From: Minisyncoccota bacterium
GTDB lineage: Bacteria; Patescibacteriota; Minisyncoccia; Phycocordibacterales; UBA2100
Length of the DNA stretch: 64,000 bases
Assembly (NCBI GenBank): GCA_031291875.1
Contig: JARLIE010000112.1
Span: forward strand, 114 to 64,113
Reading direction: 5' to 3'
Part shown: positions 20,321-30,686 of the stretch, piece after piece
Layout of the letters: the number at the start of each line of letters is the position of its first letter
Position numbering within the stretch: the stretch's first letter is position 1
Translations under genes and position numbers: made by a program
Notes under the pieces: model-generated
The model's database searches: none
The model's input: only the letters and a program-made list of their open reading frames with translations
What the model was told of the DNA's origin: nothing

Positions 20321-21232
20321 CTAGCTTCTATCCTTTTGCGCGAGAATATTAATTGCTCGGGTGACGACCGGCAGAATGTCATCGTAAAAGTTGAGGTCGC
20401 CCACGGTTGCGAGCGGAAACCACTGTGCATCATCGAGCCCGCCTTCCCGCTTGAGTGTAAGGTCGGCGAATTCGGCGCGCGCCAAGAAGTAGGTCGCATG
20501 GCGTTTCTTCTTGCCGCCCGGCGTGCTTGAGTCGTTGGCGACGTACTCGTTCTCGCCGAGCTGCTCCTCAAGGGTGCAATCGAGCCCAATTTCCTCCCGC
20601 ACTTTGCGCTTAACGCCATCTTCGTGCTTTTCGCCCTGCTGCAACTTACCCTTCGAGAGCGTCCAGTGACCGAATATATCGTGCACGAGCGCGAGATAAA
20701 CCTCACTGGCCTCGCGCGCATAGACGACGGCGCCGATGAGCTCCTCGATCGGCATTTTCCCGCTTTTGGTGGTGGGTTGTTTGCGCGGCGTTCCGTCTGT
20801 CTTGCCCGGCTCACCGAGCTCGATGTATACCGCGCCCAAAACGCCATTGACGAACCGTCCCGAAGAATTCGAGCCGAACGTCTTAGCGAGCTCGATCGCT
20901 TCATTGATGGCGACTTTCGCCGGTACCTGCGCGCGATCGGCATACAAAAGTTCGGTCAACCCGAGTCGCAAAATATTGCGGTCGATCGCGGCAATTTTCT
21001 CCAGGGGCCACTCCGGCGCCGCTCGCACAATGACCTCGTCGATCTCCTTTTGCTTTGCGAGTGCGTTTTGCAAAAGCTCCTTCATGAAAGGCATGTCGGA
21101 GTCGCGAGCGCCAAACTCTTTGGAGTAATCGGCAAGGCGCCCGACGCATTCGTCGAGCTGCATGGAGGGATTTTGGTCGCGTTCAAAGAGTACCTGGAGG
21201 ACGATCGAGCGGGCTAGGTGTCTGTTTGCCAT
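20321..21232 (-). CDS. nusB: NusB antitermination factor fused to a Nudix domain
   Basis: NusB motifs IDRNILR, AINEAIELAK and FVNGVLG; Nudix-like box KGKLQQGEKHEDGVKRKVREEIG. Confidence 0.9.
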   Translation of the reverse strand: MANRHLARSIVLQVLFERDQNPSMQLDECVGRLADYSKEFGARDSDMPFMKELLQNALAKQKEIDEVIVRAAPEWPLEKIAAIDRNILRLGLTELLYADRAQVPAKVAINEAIELAKTFGSNSSGRFVNGVLGAVYIELGEPGKTDGTPRKQPTTKSGKMPIEELIGAVVYAREASEVYLALVHDIFGHWTLSKGKLQQGEKHEDGVKRKVREEIGLDCTLEEQLGENEYVANDSSTPGGKKKRHATYFLARAEFADLTLKREGGLDDAQWFPLATVGDLNFYDDILPVVTRAINILAQKDRS

Positions 21233-21280
21233 TGTTTCTAAAGATCAGGTGGGTAAAGAACAAAGAGGAGTTGAGGGAGG

Positions 21281-21544
21281 CTACGTCGTTGCCTCTTTTT
21301 GACCGGTGTCTTGTCCTGATTCACGGAGCGCTTTTTCGCGGCGCTTCAAACGGCGCTCTTCGCGCTTCTTTTGGGCAACAATGTCGATAACGACGCGTCC
21401 CTTGTACATACCCGTAACCGGATTGACGCGGTGCGGGATGTAGAGGTTACCAGCCGAGTCCTTGGCAAGGCGCGCACCTTTGATTGCGTGGTGAGAGCGC
21501 CGCTGGGCGGTTTGGGATCGGTTGCGACGCATTCGAACTACCAT
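21281..21544 (-). CDS. rpmF: 50S ribosomal protein L32 (Cys-free)
   Basis: MVVRMRRNRSQTAQRRSHH...PHRV..TGMYKGR. Confidence 0.88.
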   Translation of the reverse strand: MVVRMRRNRSQTAQRRSHHAIKGARLAKDSAGNLYIPHRVNPVTGMYKGRVVIDIVAQKKREERRLKRREKALRESGQDTGQKEATT

Positions 21545-21609
21545 ATGGGGTGAGAGTATACAGAAAAAAACGATTTTGGCAATGAAGTTCGGTTCCACCC
21601 GGTGAACAC

Positions 21610-22206
21610 CTATATCCGGGTACAGAATGTCACCCGATGCAGCTCGCAAAGCCCAGCTTTTCTGATGTAGCGCCGGTGGGCCTCGGTTCCGTATCCTTTA
21701 TGCTCCCCAAACTGGTAGCCTGTATGCACCGACGCCGCTTCCTCCATATATCGATCGCGCGACACTTTCGCAATAATCGACGCAAAGGCAATCGCCGGAA
21801 TATTCTCGTCACCACGGACGAATGATTCCTGCGACCATTTAGCCGGCACACGCAGTCCTGCATCCAAAAGGACCGAAACACGCGACGGGCGGATGCCGAG
21901 TTGTTCAATCGCGCGAGCGGCGGCCTCATTCGTCGCGTTCACAATACCAATCTCGTCGATCGTCTTTGCGTCCGAGAATGCGTGCGCGTGTCGAAGCCGC
22001 GCATGTGAAGTAATGTATCCAAAAAGAATAGTGCGCTGCTGAGAAGTAAGCTGTTTGGAATCACGTAAAACTGGTTTGCCCTTTTTTGCGACGAGCGAGA
22101 AAGCCTCTTTCCAATCAAGATCCGCCGGGTAGAGCACGACCCCGACGCTCACCGGTCCGGCGAGCGCCCCGCGCCCCGCCTCGTCGATACCGATCAGCCA
22201 TTCCAC
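21610..22206 (-). CDS. rnhB: Ribonuclease HII
   Basis: GIDEAGRGALAGP, DSK, ASIIAKVSRD and HKGYGT. GTG start 6 nt after TGcTACAAT. Confidence 0.95.
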   Translation of the reverse strand: MEWLIGIDEAGRGALAGPVSVGVVLYPADLDWKEAFSLVAKKGKPVLRDSKQLTSQQRTILFGYITSHARLRHAHAFSDAKTIDEIGIVNATNEAAARAIEQLGIRPSRVSVLLDAGLRVPAKWSQESFVRGDENIPAIAFASIIAKVSRDRYMEEAASVHTGYQFGEHKGYGTEAHRRYIRKAGLCELHRVTFCTRI

Positions 22207-22267
22207 CTCTCTATTGTAGCAAAAGGGACGAGACCGTGATGATGCACGGTCTCGTTTATTCAGAATG

Positions 22268-22726
22268 CTATACGTTCTCTTTCTCGAGCGGCTGCATATA
22301 GACGTCCGCCGCGGTTTGTGCGAGTTCTCGCAGCCACGGATCGGCCTGCTCGAGCCAGCAGTTGGCGCTGACCGGTTGCAAATCAATCCGGTAATACTCG
22401 CAGTACGGAAGTACGACCGAGATGACTGTGCTCATATTTCGAAGGATCGAATGTTCGAGGCCATCGAATGAACCGCTCAAACTCGGCGCAAGATGATTAC
22501 GCAAACGAAGAAGAAAATAGATACGTTCGCGACTCTCACGATCTCGAACCTCCTCGAAAACCGTACTGACGTGCTCATAGAGCGCATACATCCGTCGACG
22601 CTCCTGCTGAGACTCCGGAGTCCGAATCCAGATGTATCTTTTGTTGCGCACGACGAGCGAAGCGAGAAATAGGTCGATAAACCGCTCGATGGTCGGTGCT
22701 TCCGTTACGGCTGATACTGCAGTCAT
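22268..22726 (-). CDS. Hypothetical protein (SD-led orphan)
   Basis: SD AAGGGAG 7 nt before ATG 22726; hairpin at about 22228-22255. Confidence 0.6.
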   Translation of the reverse strand: MTAVSAVTEAPTIERFIDLFLASLVVRNKRYIWIRTPESQQERRRMYALYEHVSTVFEEVRDRESRERIYFLLRLRNHLAPSLSGSFDGLEHSILRNMSTVISVVLPYCEYYRIDLQPVSANCWLEQADPWLRELAQTAADVYMQPLEKENV

Positions 22727-22838
22727 TTGATGGCTCCCTTCTGCAATCACTCTATCGCGTCATTGAAAATTGGAAAGCTCTGATTCTGGTGTGTGCCGCA
22801 CAAACGGTAGGCGGCCGAGCTTTTGTTATACTTGCCGT

Positions 22839-25800
22839 ATGAGCGTGCGCGGCTTTTGTCATTTGCATACCCACTCGCACTACTCGCTGCTTGAGGCGCT
22901 GCCGCGCATTCCGGATCTTGTCGCCGCCGCGAAAAAAGACGGCATGACGGCTCTCGCCCTCACCGACAACGGCAACATGTACGGCGCGATCGATTTCTAC
23001 AAAGAATGCAAAGCGCAGGGTATCAAGCCCATTATCGGAGTCGACGTTTTCGTTGCTCCCCGCACGAGGCTCGACAAAGAACACAACATCGACGATAAGC
23101 TCGGCCGCCTTATTCTGCTCGCCAAAAATGAAGTTGGCTACAAAAATCTCTTGAAGCTCGTCTCCGATTCGTACCTCGAGGGCTTCTATGTTCGACCTCG
23201 CGTCGACCGCGAACTCATCGAGCGTCATCGCGAGGGATTGATCGCGATCCTTCCCTCCCACGGCGGCGAAGTCGCCTATGCGCTGCGCCACAGTGATCCC
23301 GATCGCGCCTCACAATCGCTCGAATGGCATCAAAAAATATTCGGTGATGATTTCTACCTCGAAATCACACGACACCCGGAAATTCCCGATCACGAAACTG
23401 AGATGAAAAACCTTGCTGAGTTCGCTCGCACGCGCAGTGCGCAGATCGTTGCGGCGCACGACGTCTACTATCTCGACCCTGCGGACGGGCTCGCCTGCGA
23501 CCTCGTCAACAGAATCCGCACCGGCGGCGTACTCGATCGTGAGAACGGCGAGTACCGCATGCGCGACTTCTCCTTTTTGCCGCAAAAGAAAATGCTGCAA
23601 CTCTTTAAAGATATGCCCGAGGCGATCGAGCACGCAGCGAAAATCGCCGAAGCATGCAATGTGGAACTCGATCTCGGCAAATGGGTCTTTCCGAACTTTC
23701 CCGTTCCTGAAGGATCGTCCCACGACGCCGAGCTGCGCAAACTCGTGTTCTCCGGATTCGAGCGCCGCGGCGTCGCGCAGACTCCCGAGGTACTTGAGCG
23801 CGTCGAATACGAGCTCAACGTTATCGCGAAAAAGGGATACTCGACGTACTTTCTCGTCGTTTCCGATCTTCTACGCTACGCGAAGAGCGCGGGCATCCTC
23901 ACCAACACGCGTGGTTCTGCGGCCGGCTCGCTCGTTTCGTATTTGGCGGACATTACGACGGTAAATCCCCTTATGTACGGACTTCCCTTCGAACGTTTCC
24001 TGAACCCGGAGCGCCCATCGCCACCGGATATCGACATGGATATCGCCGACAACCGTCGCGACGACCTGATTCGCTATGCACGCCAAAAGTACGGCGAGGA
24101 TCACGTCGCGCAGATCGGCACGTTCGGAACAATGCTCGCGCGCGCCGCTGTGCGCGACGTCTCGCGCGCGCTTGGCTACTCGTACAACACCGGCGATATG
24201 ATCGCGAAGCTCATCCCGATCGGCAAGCAAGGCTTTCCTGTTTCGATCGAAAGCACGCTTCGCGACGTGCCCGAATTCAAGACGATCCACGACAAAGACG
24301 CGGAGGCGCAGGAGATCATCGATCTCGCGCAAAAGATCGAGGGCAACTCGCGACACGTGGGCGTACACGCGGCCGGCGTCGTCATCGCGCCGACCGCCGT
24401 CACCGATTTCGTGCCGATTCAGTACGATCCCAAGGGCGGCAAGACCATCACGCAATACGACATGCACGCCGTCGAAGACGCCGGTCTTCTCAAGTACGAC
24501 TTCCTCGGTCTGACCAACCTCTCGATCCTCGCTGACGCCGTGCAGCGCGCAAAGGAACGCCTCGGCGTCGAAGTAGATCTCGATTCGTTGCCGCTCGACG
24601 ATGAACGAACGTACGCGATGCTGGCACGCGGCGAGACGCTCGGCGTCTTTCAGCTCGCGGGCGGCGGCATGACGGCCTACCTCATCGACCTGAAGCCGAC
24701 CGTCATCCACGACATCAACGCCATGGTCGCGCTCTATCGTCCCGGGCCGATGGCCTTCATCCCCGAATACATCGCTCGCAAGCAGAATCCGCGACTAATC
24801 AAATATATCGATCCTCGTCTCGAAGCGATCCTCAAAAATTCCTACGGCATTATCACGTACCAGGACGACGTGCTCTACATCGCAATCCAGCTTGCCGGCT
24901 ACTCCTGGCTCGAGGCCGACAAGTTCCGCAAAGCGATGGGTAAAAAAATCCCTGAGGAAATGGCTGCGCAAAAAGAAAAATTCCACAAGGGTGCGCTTGC
25001 GGGCGGCATGAAGCCGGAAGTCGTCAAACAACTCTGGGAACAGATCGAAACGTTCGCCGCGTACGGTTTCAACAAAGCGCACGCCGCCAGCTACGGTAAC
25101 CTCGCGTACAAAACGGCGTACATGAAAGCCAACTTCCCCGTCGATTACATGGCGGCGCTGCTCACTGCCGAATCTGGTGACGTCGAAAAGATCTCCGAAA
25201 CGGTCGCCGAATGCAAACGCATGGGAATTTCTGTATCACCGCCGTCGGTCAATGAAAGTTACGGAACCTTTACCGTCGTCGACGAAAAGACGATCAGATT
25301 CGGCCTCCACTCCGTGAAAAATTTCGGCACGGGCGTAGCCGACGCGATCATCGCAGCGCGCGCTGGCAAGCCCTTCAAAGACCTCAGTGATTTCCTTTCT
25401 CGGGTCGTCGACAAAAACCTCAACAAAAAGTCGCTCGAGGCACTGATCCAATCCGGCGCGATGGATGAATTTGGCGAGCGCGGCCAATTGATGGCAAATC
25501 TGGAGCTGATTTTGGAGTACCATCGCGAACACCTCAAGGCACCCTCCGATATGGGATCGCTCTTTGGTGCCGCATCGACAAGCAGCGCGCCGATTCGATT
25601 GCAGCCGGCGCAACCGGCGAGTCAGGATCAAAAATTGGACTGGGAAAAGGAGCTGCTCGGTCTGTATATTTCCGGCCATCCGCTCGACAAACATCAAGCG
25701 AAGCTTCAGAACGCGAAAAATTCGATCAAGCACGCCAAGGAACACCTCAAGGGGGTCGAGACGGTGATCGCCGGCTTCCTCGAGTCGACCCAACCAATCC

Positions 25801-25997
25801 TCACCAAAAACGGCGAACGAATGCTCTTTGGCCGTATCGCAGATTTATCGAGCTCGATCGAACTCGTCGCCTTCCCGCGCATTCTGAAAGAGAACGAAAA
25901 GCTTTTTGTCGCGGGCACCTGCATCATGCTCAAGGGAAAAATTTCGGAGCGCAACGGCGAGCCGAGCTTCGTCGTCGACAAGGTCCGAGCACTGTAA
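22839..25997 (+). CDS. dnaE: DNA polymerase III alpha subunit
   Basis: PHP HLHTHSHYS, RGSAAGS, PDIDMD, YGFNKAHA and C-terminal OB fold. Confidence 0.98.
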   Translation: MSVRGFCHLHTHSHYSLLEALPRIPDLVAAAKKDGMTALALTDNGNMYGAIDFYKECKAQGIKPIIGVDVFVAPRTRLDKEHNIDDKLGRLILLAKNEVGYKNLLKLVSDSYLEGFYVRPRVDRELIERHREGLIAILPSHGGEVAYALRHSDPDRASQSLEWHQKIFGDDFYLEITRHPEIPDHETEMKNLAEFARTRSAQIVAAHDVYYLDPADGLACDLVNRIRTGGVLDRENGEYRMRDFSFLPQKKMLQLFKDMPEAIEHAAKIAEACNVELDLGKWVFPNFPVPEGSSHDAELRKLVFSGFERRGVAQTPEVLERVEYELNVIAKKGYSTYFLVVSDLLRYAKSAGILTNTRGSAAGSLVSYLADITTVNPLMYGLPFERFLNPERPSPPDIDMDIADNRRDDLIRYARQKYGEDHVAQIGTFGTMLARAAVRDVSRALGYSYNTGDMIAKLIPIGKQGFPVSIESTLRDVPEFKTIHDKDAEAQEIIDLAQKIEGNSRHVGVHAAGVVIAPTAVTDFVPIQYDPKGGKTITQYDMHAVEDAGLLKYDFLGLTNLSILADAVQRAKERLGVEVDLDSLPLDDERTYAMLARGETLGVFQLAGGGMTAYLIDLKPTVIHDINAMVALYRPGPMAFIPEYIARKQNPRLIKYIDPRLEAILKNSYGIITYQDDVLYIAIQLAGYSWLEADKFRKAMGKKIPEEMAAQKEKFHKGALAGGMKPEVVKQLWEQIETFAAYGFNKAHAASYGNLAYKTAYMKANFPVDYMAALLTAESGDVEKISETVAECKRMGISVSPPSVNESYGTFTVVDEKTIRFGLHSVKNFGTGVADAIIAARAGKPFKDLSDFLSRVVDKNLNKKSLEALIQSGAMDEFGERGQLMANLELILEYHREHLKAPSDMGSLFGAASTSSAPIRLQPAQPASQDQKLDWEKELLGLYISGHPLDKHQAKLQNAKNSIKHAKEHLKGVETVIAGFLESTQPILTKNGERMLFGRIADLSSSIELVAFPRILKENEKLFVAGTCIMLKGKISERNGEPSFVVDKVRAL

Positions 25998-26092
25998 CGC
26001 TATACACCTATTGATATTGACTCTCGCGCGAGAAGTCTTATCTTACCCACAGACAGGCAGTTGTGCGTGTCGTGGAATCGGAGAATGGCGTA

Positions 26093-26470
26093 ATGGCTGC
26101 AAAAACATTCGACGCTGCTGCGCTTGCGGTTGTAGCTCAAGGATTGAAGGAGGAAGAAATTCCTTTCGCGGTTCGAGAATTCAGGATTTCGCTCGATCGA
26201 GTCATTCGCTCGATTGAAAACCTCGGCGCAAATCCGCAGGAGTTTGCAGGCCGCCATCGGGATCAGGACGACCCCGTATGGAAACTTGCGAGACATTTCG
26301 CCGGCAAGCAGCCGGTGCGGTGCTGCGATCATGTCTTCACGGAACTTCGGACGTTTCGCAACAGGCTGAAGCGCCTGCGAACGCAAAACCAAACCGAATA
26401 CGACGTTGCAATGATCGTTGCCACGGCCGACTTCATCGACGCATCGGAGCTTTTCCTGGAACCGGTGTGA
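26093..26470 (+). CDS. Hypothetical protein (SD-led orphan)
   Basis: TTGACT at 26017, GGAG at 26080, terminator at about 26509-26540. Confidence 0.55.
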   Translation: MAAKTFDAAALAVVAQGLKEEEIPFAVREFRISLDRVIRSIENLGANPQEFAGRHRDQDDPVWKLARHFAGKQPVRCCDHVFTELRTFRNRLKRLRTQNQTEYDVAMIVATADFIDASELFLEPV

Positions 26471-26583
26471 CTGCGATCAACGAAACTAGGACTTTGCTTC
26501 TGCTACCGAGCCGGCGCGTTTGTGTGCCGGCTTTTCTTTTGCACTCTTTCCCGCACTTGGTATCATCAACCGATATCCAAACT

Positions 26584-28329
26584 ATGGCTGAAATTGAACA
26601 CAAACGACACACTCTCGCGCACCTCCTAGCCGCTGCGGTGCTTGAGCGACACCCCAACGCACACCTCACGCTCGGTCCCGCCATCGACACCGGTTTCTAT
26701 TACGACATCGACTTCGGCGAAGAAAAAATTTCCGACAGCGATCTGCCGAAGATCGAGAAGGTAATGAGAAAGCTGCTTCCGAGCTGGAAAGAATTTACAC
26801 ACAAAGAAGTTTCAGCCGATGAAGCTCAAAAGCTCTTCGCGGGCAATCCATTCAAGCTCGAGCTGATCGATGAAATTACTGCAAGAGGAGAAAAAATTAC
26901 GCTCTATACGTGCGGTGCGTTTACGGATCTTTGTCGCGGCTCTCACGCCGAACACCCGAGCAAAGACATCGATGCGGATTCATTCAAGCTCGATCGTGTC
27001 GCGGGCGCCTATTGGCGCGGCGACGAAAAGAATAAGATGCTCACCCGCATCTACGGTCTCGCGTTCGATACCAAAGAAGAGCTCGACGCATATTTGAATC
27101 AGCGCGAAGAAGCCAAAAAGCGCGACCACCGCAAGATCGCCCGTGAGCAGGATCTTCTCGTCTTTTCAGATCTGATCGGCTCCGGCATGCCGATGTACAC
27201 ACCCAAAGGCAATATCGTCCGCAATGCGATCATCAACTATTCGCGCGAACTCAACGGGAAGCTCGGCTTCGGCGAGGTGCACACGCCCAACGTAAACAAA
27301 GCTGAACTTTTCAAACTTTCCGGACACTACGACGCGTACAAAGAAGACATGCTCTCGGTGCGCTCACAGTACGTCGCGGACGAAATGTTTCTAAAGCCGA
27401 TGAACTGTCCGCAGCACACGCAAATCTACGCGTCACAACCGCGCAGCTATCGCGATCTCCCGATCCGTTATGCCGACTTCGCCAATTTGTATCGCGATGA
27501 GCGCCCGGGAGAACTCTCCGGCCTCACCCGCCTGCGTTCCTTTGCACAAGATGACGGCCATATTTTTTGCCGCGAGGATCAGATCGAACAAGAAGTTTCT
27601 GCCGTCCTCGGCGCGATTCAAGAGGCCCTCAAAACCTACCAGATCAGCTACTGGATGCGCCTTTCGCTTCGCGATCCCAACAATACGGAGAAATATCTCG
27701 GCGACCCTGCCGTCTGGGAAAAGGCCCAAAACATCATGCGCGAACTTCTGAAGAGTAAAAATATCGAGTTCAAGGAAGCGGAGGGCGAAGCCGCGTTTTA
27801 TGGCCCCAAGATCGACATCATGGCAGTCGACGCGATCGGCAGACAATGGCAAATCTCGACGGTGCAGCTCGACTTCGTGCAACCAACCCGTTTCGGACTC
27901 GAGTACACAGCCGAAGACGGCTCAAAGAAAACTCCCGTCATGATTCATCGCGCGCTCATCGGCTCGCCGGATCGATTCCTGGGCATTCTTATCGAACACT
28001 ACGCCGGCGCTTTTCCGCTTTGGATGGCACCTGTGCAAGTACAGGTGTTGCCCATTTCCGAAAAACAATCGCACTATGCGGCTGAAATCGTCGAAGCGCT
28101 GCAGAAAAACGACATTCGCGCGGAACTTTCGGCCGACGACTCGCTCGGCAAGCGCATCCGCAACGGAAAACTGGAGCGAGTTCCCTATTTTATCGTCGTC
28201 GGCGATAAGGAAATGGAAGACAAAACGGTGACGGTTGAGAATAATCGAACTGCTGAAAAATCGACCGTTGCGCTCTCCGACTTTATTCAGTCGACACTCC
28301 AAAAAATTAAAGAGCGCGCAGTCGTATAA
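26584..28329 (+). CDS. thrS: Threonyl-tRNA synthetase
   Basis: RHTLAHLLA, DLCRG, KPMNCP, AFYGPK and MIHRA; lacks the N-terminal TGS domain. Confidence 0.98.
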   Translation: MAEIEHKRHTLAHLLAAAVLERHPNAHLTLGPAIDTGFYYDIDFGEEKISDSDLPKIEKVMRKLLPSWKEFTHKEVSADEAQKLFAGNPFKLELIDEITARGEKITLYTCGAFTDLCRGSHAEHPSKDIDADSFKLDRVAGAYWRGDEKNKMLTRIYGLAFDTKEELDAYLNQREEAKKRDHRKIAREQDLLVFSDLIGSGMPMYTPKGNIVRNAIINYSRELNGKLGFGEVHTPNVNKAELFKLSGHYDAYKEDMLSVRSQYVADEMFLKPMNCPQHTQIYASQPRSYRDLPIRYADFANLYRDERPGELSGLTRLRSFAQDDGHIFCREDQIEQEVSAVLGAIQEALKTYQISYWMRLSLRDPNNTEKYLGDPAVWEKAQNIMRELLKSKNIEFKEAEGEAAFYGPKIDIMAVDAIGRQWQISTVQLDFVQPTRFGLEYTAEDGSKKTPVMIHRALIGSPDRFLGILIEHYAGAFPLWMAPVQVQVLPISEKQSHYAAEIVEALQKNDIRAELSADDSLGKRIRNGKLERVPYFIVVGDKEMEDKTVTVENNRTAEKSTVALSDFIQSTLQKIKERAVV

Positions 28330-28350
28330 TCACTCGATTCACGATAGATA

Positions 28351-28385
28351 AACAAAAACTCCCGCGGTATGCGGGAGTTTTTGTT
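28351..28385. terminator. Bidirectional intrinsic terminator
   Basis: AACAAAAACTCCCGC-GGTAT-GCGGGAGTTTTTGTT. Confidence 0.85.
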
Positions 28386-28446
28386 TTCACTTTGGAGCCT
28401 GTCTGCCGTAGAGGCAAGTGGCGCGATGGCGGCGGACTTTGGTGAA

Positions 28447-29943
28447 TTAGACTCGAGCGATAACGATGCGCGGCGCGCCGCCATCGGTTACAACCTTCAT
28501 CGAGTCGCTGGTCGGGCGGGTGTGCGCGAAACCCGGGAGCGAATCTATGGTCGCTGTCTGCACCGGAGCCGGTTTGGCTGCGACGGTGCTCGCGACGGAA
28601 GTCTCGATCTTGTGTTCGACGACCGGAGCCGCTGCAACCACATGCTTTTCGACAGTCGTCTTGCGAGCGACCAGGGCGAATTTGCGAGCAGGAATCATCG
28701 AGCCCGCGAAAGCCGCCATACCTCCCTTGTAATACACGAGCAGGTAGCCTGCCGAGAAGGCGAAGGCAACGAGCATCGTCCAGTACATCGCGTCACCTGT
28801 CGTTCCGAAGTCGAAACCGGTGTACGGGATCTGCGAGAGCGTTACGGACGGAGTCTGCGGGTAGTAAGAGCCGACGTTCACGTACGTGTTGCACGTAGCC
28901 GTCTGACCGTTGTACCCGTAGACCGTGAGCACGTAGTTCATCGAGCCGTACGGGCGCACACTGAGGCTTCCGTTCGGAGCGACGTTGCCGTAGCTCGAGA
29001 GCGTTGCCGAAGTCGCGCCGTAGCTCTGCCAGGTAAGGTAGGTGTACTGACCGCTTTGGATCGAGTTCGGCGAAGCCGTGATGGTGCAGGAAACGTTCTG
29101 GTAGTTGTAGTTGGTCGGGAACGTGTACTGAACCGGGTACGTGATCGGTGTTTGGGAGACCGGAACGACCGTCGTGACTGTGTTGCCGCTATTGCTGACG
29201 TTGGTAACCGTATTGCAGCTGTAGTTGGTGCAGGTGTTGTTGGTGACGATGTTTGGCTGAGGCTGAACGACCGGCGTAATGATCTGCTGTTGCTGACGCT
29301 GCTGCTGGTACGCGATCGGAATGTTTTGGACGATCGGCGCCGACGGGATGTAGGTCGATCCACCGCCGTACGAGTAACCGCCGGTTGAATAGCCGCCGCT
29401 CGAGAAGCCGTAGCTTGCAGGCGCGGAGATTACTGCTGGGGTCGAATAGCTGGAGGTGGTGTAGCCGGATTCAGTCGCGGTCGTCGGAAATTCCGAGTAC
29501 GTTACGCCGCTTTCGGTGACGCAGCTGGAGCAGTCCGTCGTTGGAAACTCGCTGTATGTCGTGTTCGGAAATTCGCTGTAGGAGCTCGGGAACTCGCTGT
29601 AAGTGGAACAGTCGGTAGAACAACCCGACGGGAAATCACTGTAGGTGCTTCCGCTGTCGTAGCCCATATTGTTCGAACTTCCGCTGTCGTACCCCATGTT
29701 GTACGAGCTGCCGGTTGAGTCATAGCCCACATTGTTCGAGCTGCCGCTTGAGTCGTAGCCCATGTTGTATGAGCCGCTGCCGGAGTCGTAGCCCATATCG
29801 TACGAACCGCCGCTTGAGTCGTAGCCCATGTCTTGTGCATGCGCGAACACGACCGGAATGGCGATCGCGAAGAAACCAATCGCGAGCGTGAACAGTTTCG
29901 AATTTTTGGTCAAGATACTCATAAGTTTTGTAGTGTTTTCCAC
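28447..29943 (-). CDS. Exported repeat protein with IPYTG-TM sorting signal
   Basis: Signal peptide, 6x (M/V)GYDS and 5x YS(D/E)FP repeats, Ig-like segment, IPYTG at 28816-28830 then a TM. Promoter TTGACA-17-TATAAT at 29982-30010. Confidence 0.75.
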   Translation of the reverse strand: MENTTKLMSILTKNSKLFTLAIGFFAIAIPVVFAHAQDMGYDSSGGSYDMGYDSGSGSYNMGYDSSGSSNNVGYDSTGSSYNMGYDSGSSNNMGYDSGSTYSDFPSGCSTDCSTYSEFPSSYSEFPNTTYSEFPTTDCSSCVTESGVTYSEFPTTATESGYTTSSYSTPAVISAPASYGFSSGGYSTGGYSYGGGSTYIPSAPIVQNIPIAYQQQRQQQQIITPVVQPQPNIVTNNTCTNYSCNTVTNVSNSGNTVTTVVPVSQTPITYPVQYTFPTNYNYQNVSCTITASPNSIQSGQYTYLTWQSYGATSATLSSYGNVAPNGSLSVRPYGSMNYVLTVYGYNGQTATCNTYVNVGSYYPQTPSVTLSQIPYTGFDFGTTGDAMYWTMLVAFAFSAGYLLVYYKGGMAAFAGSMIPARKFALVARKTTVEKHVVAAAPVVEHKIETSVASTVAAKPAPVQTATIDSLPGFAHTRPTSDSMKVVTDGGAPRIVIARV

Positions 29944-30042
29944 TTACTAAAGGTCCCGATAAAATTACTAATGACCCGTCTATTATATATGAAGTAAAGC
30001 CCCCTGTCAAGTGTCCTCGACAGGGGGCCTATTTGGTCGCTT

Positions 30043-30576
30043 TCAACGGAGTTTGCGTTCGGCGTTGAGTCGCTCGCAGTCGTTCAGCCGCGCCTTCTTG
30101 TCGAAGAATGCGGGGTCGAGCTTCTGAAGATCGACGTGATCCGGCAGTCCATCGGCCCAGTCCCCTTTGTAGACGACTGCGTCGGCAACGTTTCCGTTCG
30201 CGTCGTTGACGCAGCGGCCGTTGCTCGCACTGTCGTTCTTCAGGGTCGGCGGCAGATTGATCACCGCACCGTCGGCGCCGTACGTGATGACGACACCGAC
30301 ACCATTGGGTGTCTCATGCACATCCACGCCGGGATTGCAGGCCTTGATCGCCTGGTCATCGCCGAGATGGAGCGTGATCATGAAGACATTCTTCTCCGGC
30401 GTGACGTCCGGGCGCGTGAACTTCACCGGCTGACAGCCGACTTGATTCACGGCCGGAGCGGCTTGCTGAGCCGGCGGCATCACGACATCCGGCGTTGCGG
30501 GCGCCGACTGGCCATAGGCAGCGGCACCGAACACGGAAGCGAAGATGGTAGCGACGAAAAGAGCGGATTTGGACAT
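30043..30576 (-). CDS. Secreted hypothetical protein, 4 Cys
   Basis: Signal peptide, SD AAGGAG, TTGACA-16-TACCAT. Confidence 0.7.
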   Translation of the reverse strand: MSKSALFVATIFASVFGAAAYGQSAPATPDVVMPPAQQAAPAVNQVGCQPVKFTRPDVTPEKNVFMITLHLGDDQAIKACNPGVDVHETPNGVGVVITYGADGAVINLPPTLKNDSASNGRCVNDANGNVADAVVYKGDWADGLPDHVDLQKLDPAFFDKKARLNDCERLNAERKLR

Positions 30577-30686
30577 TGCTGTCTCCTTCGGTTGAATCTG
30601 AAGGAATGGTATCACATATATTTATATTGTCAAGTGCATGAAAAAAGCGGGCAAAGAATGCCCGCTTTTAGCTTTTGCGCGAAAGA

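Noticed and set aside
20303-20325. Short AGCT(G/A)CA heptamer run near the nusB stop
   Set aside because: About three degenerate units; too short to interpret.
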